DNA of 64,000 nt from an uncultured delta proteobacterium (GTDB taxonomy: Bacteria > Desulfobacterota > Binatia > Binatales > Binataceae): NCBI GenBank assembly GCA_963834535.1, contig CAWICC010000006.1, positions 51,438 through 115,437 on the forward strand, given 5' to 3'. Positions 49,410-59,641 of the stretch are shown one piece after another. The notes under the pieces were generated by a model that was given only the letters and a program-made list of their open reading frames with translations, made no database searches and had not been told where the DNA came from. The stretch's first letter is position 1, and each line of letters opens with the position of its first letter. Both the position numbers and the translations under genes were made by a program.

Positions 49410-50099
49410 ATGGAAAACTCTCAGCCGCAACACACGAATCGTCAGTACGAGGAGGAGTTGCGCGGTCTGCGGGCGGGTCTGCTCAAGATGGGCGGGTTGG
49501 CCGAGCGTCAGATCGCGGAGGCAATCGAATCGCTGGTGGATCGCAACACCGGGCAGGCGCGCACGACGATCGAGCGCGACGGGGAAGTAAACCGGATGGA
49601 CACGGAGATGGACGAGCGGTGCATCCGGCTGCTCGCGCTGCATCAGCCGGCAGCGAGCGACCTGCGTTTCATCACGACCGGGCTGAAGATCACGACGGAT
49701 CTGGAGCGGATCGGCGACAACGCGGTGAATATCTGCGAGCGGGCGATCGAGTTGAACGAGGAGCCGCAACTGAAGCCATACATCGACATACCGCGGATGG
49801 CGGAGATTGCGCAGTCGATGGTGAAGGACAGCCTGGACGCGTTCATGCGCGACGACACGACCTTGGCGGAAGAGGTGATCGAGCGGGACGACGAGGTCGA
49901 TCAACTCAACTACCAGATCTATCGCGAACTGCTGAGCTACATGGCCGAGGATCCGCAGACCATCCCGCGCGCAACGCGGATACTGTTTGTCTCGAAATAT
50001 CTGGAACGGATTGCAGACCACGCGACGAATATCGCGGAGATGGTGGTGTTTATGGTCAAGGGGAGGACGATCCGGCACATGGAAAAGAAAAAGCCATGA
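49410..50099 (+). CDS. phoU: Phosphate signalling protein PhoU
   Basis: QPAASDLR, DLERIGD, DDEVD, LERIADHATNIAE. Confidence 0.97.
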   Translation: MENSQPQHTNRQYEEELRGLRAGLLKMGGLAERQIAEAIESLVDRNTGQARTTIERDGEVNRMDTEMDERCIRLLALHQPAASDLRFITTGLKITTDLERIGDNAVNICERAIELNEEPQLKPYIDIPRMAEIAQSMVKDSLDAFMRDDTTLAEEVIERDDEVDQLNYQIYRELLSYMAEDPQTIPRATRILFVSKYLERIADHATNIAEMVVFMVKGRTIRHMEKKKP

Positions 50100-50839
50100 A
50101 TGCGCAGGCGGCCGAGGCGCAACGGGAGCGGGTGCGGCAGAAGATCCTGGTGGTCGAGGACGAGGCGGACATCCGCGAACTTCTGCGCTACAACCTGGCA
50201 CAGGAAGGCTTCACGGTGGAGGAGGCGGGAGACGGGGCCGAGGCGCTGGATCGGATCGGGCGACGAGCTCCGGACCTGCTGGTGCTCGACCTGATGCTGC
50301 CGCAGATGTCGGGGCTCGAATTGTGCAGGCGGATGAGATCGAATCCCGAGACCGCGCGGCTACCGATCCTGGTGGTGACGGCGAAGGGCGCGGAGGTCGA
50401 TCGGATCCTGGGCCTGGAGATGGGCGCGGACGATTACGTGGTGAAGCCGTTCAGTCCGCGCGAGGTGGTGGCGCGGGTCAAGGCGCTGTTGCGGCGGGCA
50501 AATCCGCTGAACGAGCAGGAGTCGCCGGGTGCCTATGAACGAGGGCGGCTGAAGATCGATTTCAGCACGTACGAGGTATTCGTCGCGGGCCAGCGCAAGG
50601 AATTGGCGCTGCGGGAATTCGAGTTGCTGCGCTTCTTTGTGCAGCATCCGATGCGGGTGTACAGCCGGGAGCAATTGCTGGATCTGGTGTGGGGGCGGGA
50701 CACGTTCGTGGAACCGCGGACGGTGGACGTTCATGTGCGGCGTCTGCGCCAGCAGGTGGAGCGAGACGACGCGAACCCGGAGCTCATCCTGACGGTGCGC
50801 AGCGTGGGTTATCGCTTTAATCCGGAGGGTCTTGGGTAG
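50096..50839 (+). CDS. phoB: OmpR-family response regulator PhoB
   Basis: VVEDE, LDLMLP, GADDYVVKPFSPRE, RTVDVHVRRLR; ATGA overlap with phoU. Confidence 0.93.
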   Translation: MNAQAAEAQRERVRQKILVVEDEADIRELLRYNLAQEGFTVEEAGDGAEALDRIGRRAPDLLVLDLMLPQMSGLELCRRMRSNPETARLPILVVTAKGAEVDRILGLEMGADDYVVKPFSPREVVARVKALLRRANPLNEQESPGAYERGRLKIDFSTYEVFVAGQRKELALREFELLRFFVQHPMRVYSREQLLDLVWGRDTFVEPRTVDVHVRRLRQQVERDDANPELILTVRSVGYRFNPEGLG

Positions 50840-52265
50840 GCGGCTTTTCCTGCGCCTAGCGACGGTGGTGGTCGTCAGCGTGGGGCCGGCGGCGATCAGC
50901 CTGATCGCGTTGAGTATCAGGGGGAGCATCGCGCCCGGATGGGCGGCGCTGGCGATTGGCGGGGGTGTGGCTGGGGGGGTTGCGGCGGCAACCGGGCTGA
51001 ATCGGATGCTAACGGGCCGCGCCGAGAGGTTTGCAGCCGTAGCCGACGCGCTCGATCACCGGCGGCTTCCATCACATTTATTATCGGACGAAGGGGACGC
51101 GATGAGCCGCGCCGAACGGCGGCTGCTCGACGCCGCGGATACGGTCGTGGCGACGATCGGATCGCTGGATCGGCAGCGCGAGGAATTCGAAGCGATATTG
51201 CGCGGGATGATCGAGGCGGTGGTGGTAACCGGGGTGCGCGGCGAAGTGGTGATGATGAATGGGGCGGCGCGGCAGGTATTCGGACTGTTGCCGGAGACGG
51301 ACTACCGCAATCGCGACTTTATCGAGCTGTGCCGCGACCCGCGCCTGCAGGAGTTCGTGGGACGGGCGACGGCCTCGCAGAGTGGCGAGGTGATGACGGC
51401 CGAATTTGCATTGCAGCAGCCGGTGGCGCGACATCTGCAGGTCAGTGCGGCGCCGGTGCGGCGCACTGATGGGGCTGCGGCGGTGCGCGTATTGGTGTTT
51501 CATGACGTCACGCGGCTGAAATCGTATGAGACCGCGCGGGCCGACTTCGTCGCCAATCTGACGCACGAATTGAGGACGCCGCTGGCGGCGATTTGCGGTT
51601 ACGCGGAGACGCTGAACCAGGGCGTTGAGGATCGCGAAACAGAGCGGCGCTTCATCTCGATTATCGAGCGCCAATCGCGGCGGCTGGCGCGGCTGATCGA
51701 CGACCTGGTCTCGCTGTCGGATCTGGAACGCGGGCTGAGTCCGCTGAAGCTCGAAGCGTTCGAGCCGCGCCGGGTCGCGGAGGAGGCGGCGGAGCTGATG
51801 AGCGAGACGGCGCGCCGCACTGGCGTCGAGCTGGAGGTGCGTTGCGGCGCGGCGCTGCCGCTGGTCATGGGCGACCACGATCGCATCACGCAGGTGATGG
51901 TCAATCTGCTCGACAACGCGCTCAAGTACACGCCGCGCGGCGGGACCGTCACGCTCGAAGCCCGCGCGCTTGCAGCAGCGGGCACGAATGGCGCCGCGAC
52001 CAGCGATACAGGCAAGGCGGGTGTGGAATTTATGGTGGCCGACACCGGAGAAGGGATTCCGCCGGCGGACATTCCGCGGTTAACCGAGCGGTTCTATCGC
52101 GTGGACCGGGCGCGATCGCGCGAACTGGGCGGCACGGGTCTCGGCCTGGCGATCGTCAAACACATCCTGCAACTCCATCAGGGCACGTTGAAGATCGAGA
52201 GCAGGTTGCGCGAGGGCACGACGGTTACGGTCTGGTTGCCCGCCGCGACTGCGCCTCCAAGTTAG
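50832..52265 (+). CDS. phoR: Sensor histidine kinase PhoR
   Basis: PAS, DFVANLTHELRTPL, NLLDNALKYT, ERFYRVDRARSRELGGTGLGLAIVKH. Confidence 0.94.
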   Translation: MGRRLFLRLATVVVVSVGPAAISLIALSIRGSIAPGWAALAIGGGVAGGVAAATGLNRMLTGRAERFAAVADALDHRRLPSHLLSDEGDAMSRAERRLLDAADTVVATIGSLDRQREEFEAILRGMIEAVVVTGVRGEVVMMNGAARQVFGLLPETDYRNRDFIELCRDPRLQEFVGRATASQSGEVMTAEFALQQPVARHLQVSAAPVRRTDGAAAVRVLVFHDVTRLKSYETARADFVANLTHELRTPLAAICGYAETLNQGVEDRETERRFISIIERQSRRLARLIDDLVSLSDLERGLSPLKLEAFEPRRVAEEAAELMSETARRTGVELEVRCGAALPLVMGDHDRITQVMVNLLDNALKYTPRGGTVTLEARALAAAGTNGAATSDTGKAGVEFMVADTGEGIPPADIPRLTERFYRVDRARSRELGGTGLGLAIVKHILQLHQGTLKIESRLREGTTVTVWLPAATAPPS

Positions 52266-52409
52266 GTCGCCGGGACGGAAACGAGGAGCTCGCGCGAACC
52301 TTGCAGCGCGGCGCATTTGGCAACTGATTGAGTTTGAATGAACCGGTGCGCGCCTTTCGAGTGTCTTGCGGCGCCGCGCGCAATGTGGAGAATGGAAGCT
52401 CCTCGGCGC

Positions 52410-52486
52410 GCGCCCTTAGCTCAGCGGATTAGAGCATCAGACTACGGATCTGAGGGTCGGGGGTTCAAATCCCTCAGGGCGCGCCA
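52410..52486 (+). tRNA. tRNA-Arg (anticodon ACG)
   Basis: GCGCCCT acceptor pairs with AGGGCGC; D arm GCTC/GAGC; TCAGA-CTACGGA-TCTGA anticodon arm; TTCAAAT T loop; encoded CCA; 77 nt. Confidence 0.97.
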
Positions 52487-52905
52487 ACCCTAAACTCATC
52501 GAAAATACTCAGGAATTCCCGCTTTCAACCGGCGTTCTCGATCCTGAAAATGGGATCGCGGAAGGTCGTAGGGAGCCGGCAATGCAATCGCCGTATCGCC
52601 GAGTACGCCTTTTAAGCCGGTGGTTGCCGATCATCAGCTCGACTATCGGCGACCTTGGGATACGATAACGACGGCCGCCGGCAAAGCCTCAAGTAGCGGA
52701 GCGATAGGATTCGCCACTGGTGAGCACGTTGAGATGAGGAAGTCATTTTGGGACCATTTGACGGCCACGCTGGAGGCCGGTTATTGCAGAATCGAGTACG
52801 CTCGGAGCGGATCGTTCGAAGCGCGGCATCTTTGGGCCGCGCGGCGTTCCTTGAAAGCTTCGGTCCAATAGTTGAGTTCGCACGGCTCCGCACGGAGGAT
52901 TAACG

Positions 52906-54108
52906 ATGCCTGGCGATGATCACAGGTTCACCACTACTGGGCGGGTTCAGGGAGAGGCGAAGTATATTGCGCCGCTTCTCGGTAACATCGCGGCGCAGGC
53001 CGCGGAGGCCGATCGAACTCGCTCGGTCGCTGCGGGCCTGATTACGTCAATCAAGAAGAACGACATCATGCGGATGTCGGCGAGTCGCGAGCTTGCGGGC
53101 CTCGAGGAGTCAATCGTCGCTATCGCGAATGAACTCCGCGCGATCGCACCGCGATGCGGCTCGACGGCGTGGTGCTTGTGGAATCATCTGTGTGTCTTTC
53201 ACCATTTCGCTGGAATTCTCGGCCCGGCGAATGCCCCCGTTTTGGCGGATATCGTTTCAAAGGGCGAATGGGTCTGCTTTCCCGCTGGCGCTTCGTCCCA
53301 GGTGACTGCAGTCGATGACGGCGGCAAAACCATCCTGTCCGGAGAGGCCGCATTCGGTTCCGGCGGACGTTATTCGGAGTGGGCTGGCGTCGTTTTCGTC
53401 AAGGACGGCGTCAAAGTGCCCCAGTTCACTCTCGTCGATCTTCGGCACCAGAAGGTGAGGATCAGAGAAACGTGGGACGGAAGTGCTCTCCGCGCGTCGG
53501 CCACCGATCATATCTGCTATGAGGGTGTTGACGTTCCACGCGAACGCGTGGTGCCTGCGCCGGCAAAGTACCGCGCACTCTACCGGCTGCCCGACTATCC
53601 GATGATTCATCACCGCTATCGAGAAGACTGGGTTGCGATCTCGGTGATGTGGCTCGGCGCGATGGCGACGGGTGTGGCCGAAGCATCGATCGAAGATACG
53701 GCGCAGAGCATCAGAGATCGAATCGCAATCTTTGGGACTAAAATGGTCGAGAAACCTACGATTCACGTGAACCTCGGTCGCGCCCGAGCCCTCATCAACG
53801 CGGCGACTGATACGGTATACGCCGCAATGGCAGAAACTGACGCGCGGATCGCGGCTGGCGGGATACCGACTGAAGGAGATTATTTCCGGCAGACCTCGGC
53901 CGGAATGCAGGCCGTCAGGCTGTGCGACGATGCGATGCGGCTCATCCTTCGCGTCCTCGGCGGTAACGGACTACGCGAGGGCACCGACTTCGAGCGCCGC
54001 TATCGGGATTTTCAAGCGATGCCGCTGCACATCAACGGGCACGTCGACCGTATAACTGAACAATTGGGACGCATCTCTCTGGGGCTGGATTCGCAGAATC
54101 CATTCTAG
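52906..54108 (+). CDS. Acyl-CoA-dehydrogenase-fold flavin-dependent monooxygenase (HsaA/C2-like oxygenase)
   Basis: A.EADRTR, CGSTAW, FGSG...W, WDGSALRASAT, ERRYRD; GGAGG RBS. Confidence 0.8.
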   Translation: MPGDDHRFTTTGRVQGEAKYIAPLLGNIAAQAAEADRTRSVAAGLITSIKKNDIMRMSASRELAGLEESIVAIANELRAIAPRCGSTAWCLWNHLCVFHHFAGILGPANAPVLADIVSKGEWVCFPAGASSQVTAVDDGGKTILSGEAAFGSGGRYSEWAGVVFVKDGVKVPQFTLVDLRHQKVRIRETWDGSALRASATDHICYEGVDVPRERVVPAPAKYRALYRLPDYPMIHHRYREDWVAISVMWLGAMATGVAEASIEDTAQSIRDRIAIFGTKMVEKPTIHVNLGRARALINAATDTVYAAMAETDARIAAGGIPTEGDYFRQTSAGMQAVRLCDDAMRLILRVLGGNGLREGTDFERRYRDFQAMPLHINGHVDRITEQLGRISLGLDSQNPF

Positions 54109-54437
54109 TCGTCGGTGTTGGAGATAGTCGGGCGGCGACAAATCTGTTACCAGCCCGAAAGCTACTGGGTAACAGCCACGAAAGCTCTCGAACGGCCCCT
54201 CGACAGCGCGCGAAAACGCAGTCATTTCGTCGGATGGATCAGTTGCCGGCTATTCGGACCGAGGCCCCATTTTCACGCAACTGCGTTTTGCTGGAAGTTT
54301 CTGCGGGGCAAAGGCTCGCCGTCACGGCGCGCAGGTATCGAGGTTTTCTGCTCGTCGCACATGGCACAGCCAACTTATGACGCACACGACCTGTGTCGCG
54401 AAAAAGAACGCTTCACGCGGAGGGTTATCTAACGGTC

Positions 54438-55313
54438 TTAGTCGCCGAAAACGTTACCCTTGATGAGTTTCGGGATAACCGGAGTTACCGCGAATTGGAG
54501 GTTCCACTTCTGGCCGAACACATCGGGATGGACCGGCATGTACTGGCCTTGGACCGCCAGTTTCACTGGCAACAGGCCGATTTTAATCACCTTACTGATT
54601 TGCAGACCGATCGGAAACGTGATCTCGTTGCTGCTCTTGTTCGCGTACCAGTTCAACAGCATATTCGGCGACGTACCGATTCCCCATCCACCGCCAGGAA
54701 AATACTGGAAGAAGTATTGGATGTTCATTTGGCTCACGGTCTGCGAACCTGGGCCGCCGACCGAGAACCACTGTTGCGGAAATACTCCCGCGATCCATTT
54801 GCCGCCGAGGTATCCGAAAACGCCCGCCGGTCCCAACTGCCACTTATTCTGTCCGAGCCGCGAGTTGCTCGCTGTAGGAAAGATAAAGCTGGGTCCAGCG
54901 CCGAGCAGCCACGGACCGGCAACCTTCGGACTCGGGGAGATCAACGTTGCGAGGATCGTGTCGCCGAAACCGGTCACGCGATGTAGATTGCCGCTCTCAT
55001 TCACGTATGGCGAAGAGTTCATCACCTGGAATACTGGACGGGTGATTAGATTCCAATCGTCGGTCAGCGCCAGCGGCAACACCGGCTGAAACTGGAGGTT
55101 CACGGCATTGCGCTCGGGTTTGTTCAGCCAGTAGGTATTCTCCTGAAGCTGGAGCGCCCAGATACTGGAGATCGGATTCGAGAGTTGCTTGTTTACCTCG
55201 TCGAGTGATTTGTCATCTGCGGTCTGCGCCGAAGCATTCGCGACCGTCAAGAAGCCGAGGAATCCGATCAAGGCGATCAGCCTCACGTATTGATATTTCA
55301 ATTGCCTGCTCAC
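54438..55313 (-). CDS. Probable outer-membrane beta-barrel / transporter ('neuromedin U'-annotated family)
   Basis: Signal peptide, LSNPIS, QPVLP, NLITR, GFGD, PTAS...LG.NKWQLGP; GTG start after GGGAGAAGG. Confidence 0.7.
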   Translation of the reverse strand: MSRQLKYQYVRLIALIGFLGFLTVANASAQTADDKSLDEVNKQLSNPISSIWALQLQENTYWLNKPERNAVNLQFQPVLPLALTDDWNLITRPVFQVMNSSPYVNESGNLHRVTGFGDTILATLISPSPKVAGPWLLGAGPSFIFPTASNSRLGQNKWQLGPAGVFGYLGGKWIAGVFPQQWFSVGGPGSQTVSQMNIQYFFQYFPGGGWGIGTSPNMLLNWYANKSSNEITFPIGLQISKVIKIGLLPVKLAVQGQYMPVHPDVFGQKWNLQFAVTPVIPKLIKGNVFGD

Positions 55314-55332
55314 CCTTCTCCCGGCGTCTGTC

Positions 55333-57384
55333 CTAGAAGCCGCGCGCTGGGCCGATCTGCGGCGAGCGCACTGGCTTAGCCATACCGTAGAAGACCACGA
55401 CACCCTGTCCACCGCAGCGAGTCGAAAGCGCCTCGTTGGGCGTACCGATACAGCTATCGATGTCCTGCCAGTTGTTGGTGACCCAGACGTTGCCGGCCGG
55501 ATCCAAGTCGACATCGACTTCCATCTGCAAGCCACCGCCGACGTAGCCGAGGGGAGGCGAGATCGGATCGCCGGTCTTCATGCCGGGAGGGCAGTTCTCG
55601 GTTCGCGTACCGCATAGATGCGCGATCTGGCCGGAGGCGCCGGCGAAATTCGAGACCCAGACATTATCATCGCCGTCCACCGCAACCGCCCACGGCCCAG
55701 GCAGACTGGGACCGGTGAACGGAGAACCGGGATACGCGGAGCCGTCCGGCCGCAGCAGGATCATGCTGCCACCTTTGCGGCCACCCTTTTGCTCGGACAT
55801 CGTCTTGGTCAGATAGTCGGAAGCCGACGTCAGGCCATGGAGCTTCAGGCGAACACCCATATCAACCAGATGCATCATGCCCTCCAGGCTGTTGCCGAAG
55901 CGCGCCGTGATCCAGACGTTGCCGCGGCTGTCGATCGCCAGGCCGCTGGTGTTGAAGCCGCTCTTGAAATTCTCCGCTTTGGCGGGATCCGCAGCCGGGA
56001 AGCGCGTGACGTGGTTGATCCCGCTGTTCGAGACCCAGATTCGATCCTGTCCATCGATAGCGAGATGGAATGGCGCTGCGAACGACTTGCAAGGCTCCGC
56101 GTCGGCGCCTTCGCACACGATCCGGCCCTTCGTGAGATCTCCTTTGGGAAAGTAGACTAGCTGTTTCTTCTCGATACCGAGCACCCAGACATCACCGCTT
56201 GGCGCAACGATTACACCTTGCATCAATCCCAACCGGCCGTTGAAGTTGATACCCTCGGGCGGGGTCAGGGGCTTGCCCTCCTTGTCGAACACCACGATCG
56301 CCTTGGTGCCATAAGTCGTGAACCATGCGTTATCCTTGGCGTCGACCGCGGCGCCGAACGTGCCGCCTTCCATCCCACCGCCGCTAAAGCCGCTGGTCAT
56401 CGGCGATAGCGTCTGGCCGTTAGGCGCGAACTTGCTCGCGGTGCCTTCCCACAGCGAATCTTGACCCTGCCAGCCCACCGAGAAATTGTCGCCGACCCAG
56501 AAGTTACCCTCGCTGTCGAACATACCCTTGCCGCCCGCATGGTATCCGCCGCCGTCGAACTTCAGCGGCAGCACCCATGCGCTCGGCTGCCAATTGAGAT
56601 ACGGCATGTACGGAACGGGGCGCAGGTTCTTGCCCTGCGGGATCGGATAGAACGCATTGAGCAGAGCATAGATTCGCCCGGGGCGGTACCATGGATTGCG
56701 CGCGATCGCTTCCGCCGCGGTCAGCGTGTCGGTCGGAGCGTCACCCTTCGGCGGCGTGGCGGCTGCGAAAAGCTTGTCACACGCATTGGGTGTAACCCGC
56801 GTGACGCAGCCCGCGAGCGCGTCAGCCAGCGTCGCGAAATTCGCCATCGTCGGAGTCTGGCCGCTGTTGAGCGGGTCCTGAATCGCGGACCCCCAGCCAC
56901 CCGTTTCGAGATTGACGAAGTTCGGCACATTGCCAGCCGCGATGCGGAGACCGAGCGGGTTGCCTTTGATCGTAGTGCCGGCGATGAACTGCGCGTTGGT
57001 CCATATCGACGCAACGGTCGTGAACTCGTTGATCGTGACCTTGGCGGGCGGGTTGTTGCCGATCACCGCTAGCAGCACGATCGCCGGGTTGTCGCCGCCT
57101 CCCTTGTTCGCAGTCGGTTGACCACCGGTCGCAACCAGATAGAGGATGTTGTCGGGCGATCCTTCACCGCTAAAAGTGAAGCGGCCGTCATCGCCAGTTT
57201 GGGTCTGCGCAAGCTGCTTGGGCTCGTCTGCACTCGCAGACCATAGCGTCACCGTTGATTTGGCGATCGGGGCACCGCTCCCGAGGACTACTCCATCAAT
57301 GGAGCCGGCCGCGACAGCTATTCCACTTGCTGAGGTCGTGAAGAGTAGCGACAGCAAAACCGCAAACATCAATCTCCGATTCAC
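55333..57384 (-). CDS. Large secreted protein with NHL/Vgb-like beta-propeller repeats
   Basis: Signal peptide; repeated AID..GN.W / AVD..DN.W blades; GGGGAGGT RBS before GTG 57384. Confidence 0.8.
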   Translation of the reverse strand: MNRRLMFAVLLSLLFTTSASGIAVAAGSIDGVVLGSGAPIAKSTVTLWSASADEPKQLAQTQTGDDGRFTFSGEGSPDNILYLVATGGQPTANKGGGDNPAIVLLAVIGNNPPAKVTINEFTTVASIWTNAQFIAGTTIKGNPLGLRIAAGNVPNFVNLETGGWGSAIQDPLNSGQTPTMANFATLADALAGCVTRVTPNACDKLFAAATPPKGDAPTDTLTAAEAIARNPWYRPGRIYALLNAFYPIPQGKNLRPVPYMPYLNWQPSAWVLPLKFDGGGYHAGGKGMFDSEGNFWVGDNFSVGWQGQDSLWEGTASKFAPNGQTLSPMTSGFSGGGMEGGTFGAAVDAKDNAWFTTYGTKAIVVFDKEGKPLTPPEGINFNGRLGLMQGVIVAPSGDVWVLGIEKKQLVYFPKGDLTKGRIVCEGADAEPCKSFAAPFHLAIDGQDRIWVSNSGINHVTRFPAADPAKAENFKSGFNTSGLAIDSRGNVWITARFGNSLEGMMHLVDMGVRLKLHGLTSASDYLTKTMSEQKGGRKGGSMILLRPDGSAYPGSPFTGPSLPGPWAVAVDGDDNVWVSNFAGASGQIAHLCGTRTENCPPGMKTGDPISPPLGYVGGGLQMEVDVDLDPAGNVWVTNNWQDIDSCIGTPNEALSTRCGGQGVVVFYGMAKPVRSPQIGPARGF

Positions 57385-58155
57385 CCTAACACCTCCCCAA
57401 AGAATCAACCGGCCAAAACATCCGCTGCAAAAACCAGCTCCGATAGATCGCATGACACGTCTCTATATCTGGTCAAATGTCGGCGCTTGAAGACGTTTAG
57501 TCTTGATCGCTCAGCGCCACGCCCGATCGCTATCGTCGCGCACTCACCGCTCGCTTTGCCAATCAGCCATATCGTCCAAATCCCATTTATCTAAAGGCTT
57601 CCCGATATGACTTCCCCCTAACATCGCCGGCGCGGCTCAACGAAACCACGTTCTTCCAAGGTGGGCGTGCGTTCGGCTGCATCAAACCTGAGGAGATCAG
57701 CAACCGAGATTCTGACAGAGCCACGGAAACCCCTGGGGCCCGAAGAGGGAGAATTCGTATCCGAGTTCGACGCGCTACGCGAGAGAGGATACGCGACCGT
57801 CTGCCATCAACATGCCAGTGCTTCCGGTATGAGCCCCGGGAAGTCAGTGGGAGGTGTCACCAGAATCGATGGGGAAAACGGCGCCTTCAGCCATCCAAGA
57901 CCCGCCCGACGCGAAATCGGCCACCTCCGCAACTACTGGGAACACTGCGAACAAAGTCGGCTAAAGCCTTGCACAGGAAGGCCGTTCGGGCTATCGAACG
58001 AGTTGGAATCGGAAAGTCAAAAGGAAATCCCGGATTATTACGTCGGTAGTGGCGGCGGCGGCAGGGGAGGGGCAGGCGCCGGGTGGCCTTCATCTGCACC
58101 GGGGGCACGACGCAGATCAGGTATCAGTAGGCGCGAGAGCGCGAGGGGGCGATCG

Positions 58156-59427
58156 ATGCACACGATCCCGCACACCTTAGGCGCGATCCTCTGCACCGCG
58201 ATCTTTTTCTGCGGCACGGGCGAAGCGGCTCAGAAGCTTTGCGTCGACCCGTCGAATACTGCGAAATGCTCGGCGACCATCCAGGAGGCGATCAATAAAG
58301 CAAAGTCCGGCGCGGTGATAACGGTCGTCGCCGGCACCTTCTTGGAAAACGTCACTATCAACAGTGGCCCAAAGCCGAAGGGCATCACGCTCTTGATTGA
58401 GGGTGCGGGCCCCGGCACTACCATCATCGACGGCGACGGCGCCGGCATCGTCTTCGACGTTGGCCGCAAAGCCGCGCTGACGCTCGCGAACATGACGATC
58501 CAACATGGCAAGAATACTGCGAACCAGGGACTCGGGGGCGGCGTGAGTGCGGTCGGGACCAAGCTCACGATCCAGGGCTGCGAGATTAACGACAACACGG
58601 TGACCGATGGCGGCGGCGGCGGGGTGGGCGTCGAGGCAGGGCCGCTTACCGTCGTCAACTCAACGATCAGGGACAACAACGCCTCCAGCGGGGGCGGGCT
58701 GTTCTTCGCCTCGGCCGGGAAAACCGCGACCATCAGCAATTCGACCATCACGGACAACGTGGCCAACGAAGGCGGAGGCATCTTGGTCGGCGGCCTCGGC
58801 AAGGGGACCATCCGCAATAGCAGTATCGACGACAACCAGGCCGAGGAGGTAGGTGGTTCGCCGGCGCTCGGCGGCGGCATCTTTGTGGACGGCAAGAGCG
58901 TGACAATCCTCGACAGTACGATTAGCGACAACCTGGCGCGGACAGATCAGGCGATGGCGTCGCACGGCGGCGGTATCGACAATCTGAACTCCACGGTGAC
59001 GCTCAACAACGTGACCATCGCCGAGAACAATGCGTCGGTCGGCGGCGGTATCGACACGCACGTCGGGAAGAGCTTCATCAGCAGCAATTCGATCATCGCG
59101 GACAACTTTGACACGGTCTCCTCGGCGGATTGCGCGGGGACCGTCAAATCGGCGGGCTACAACCTACTTCTCGATCCGAGCGGATGCGAGGTGAGCGGCA
59201 AGACCTCGAGCGACATCATCGGCGAGGATCCGGTCTTGGCGGATTTGGTGCTGAATCCGCCCGGCACGACCGAGACGCGGGCGCTGGGGACGGGGTCACC
59301 GGCGCTGGAAAAGGGCAATCCCGGCAGTCCCACCGGCACAGGCGGCCACTGCCTGCCAACCGATCAGCGCGGTGTGAAGCGCCCGGCGGGCAAATGCGAC
59401 ATCGGAGCATACCAGTCCAGCTCGTGA
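58156..59427 (+). CDS. Secreted right-handed beta-helix protein with choice-of-anchor Q C-terminus
   Basis: TIQEAIN, repeated GGGI / STI.DN.A, SAGYNL, DQRG..R...CDIGAY; GAGGGGG RBS. Confidence 0.85.
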   Translation: MHTIPHTLGAILCTAIFFCGTGEAAQKLCVDPSNTAKCSATIQEAINKAKSGAVITVVAGTFLENVTINSGPKPKGITLLIEGAGPGTTIIDGDGAGIVFDVGRKAALTLANMTIQHGKNTANQGLGGGVSAVGTKLTIQGCEINDNTVTDGGGGGVGVEAGPLTVVNSTIRDNNASSGGGLFFASAGKTATISNSTITDNVANEGGGILVGGLGKGTIRNSSIDDNQAEEVGGSPALGGGIFVDGKSVTILDSTISDNLARTDQAMASHGGGIDNLNSTVTLNNVTIAENNASVGGGIDTHVGKSFISSNSIIADNFDTVSSADCAGTVKSAGYNLLLDPSGCEVSGKTSSDIIGEDPVLADLVLNPPGTTETRALGTGSPALEKGNPGSPTGTGGHCLPTDQRGVKRPAGKCDIGAYQSSS

Positions 59428-59641
59428 CGGGGGCTGAGGTTTCCAGGAGCACTTCTTCGCTACGGAAGTAAGATGTCTTGCAACTTGGGCGATGGTGGCT
59501 GGTAGGCTGAAACGATTGCGAAGCACGCCGGCGATGCTGTTCGCCAACAGAATCAGTTCATTGATAGTGGCAGCGCAGCGCTCGAAGGGCCGAGCATATA
59601 CAGGGGCGAGCCAGTGGCCCCATGATATCTGCTCGGGGTTC

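Noticed and set aside
49619-50095. Extended N-terminus of PhoB in the ORF track
   Set aside because: Overlaps phoU in another frame; ATGA coupling at 50096 is the plausible start.
57661-58155. 165-aa N-terminal extension of the beta-helix protein in the ORF track
   Set aside because: RBS and signal peptide point to ATG 58156; the upstream translation looks non-protein-like.
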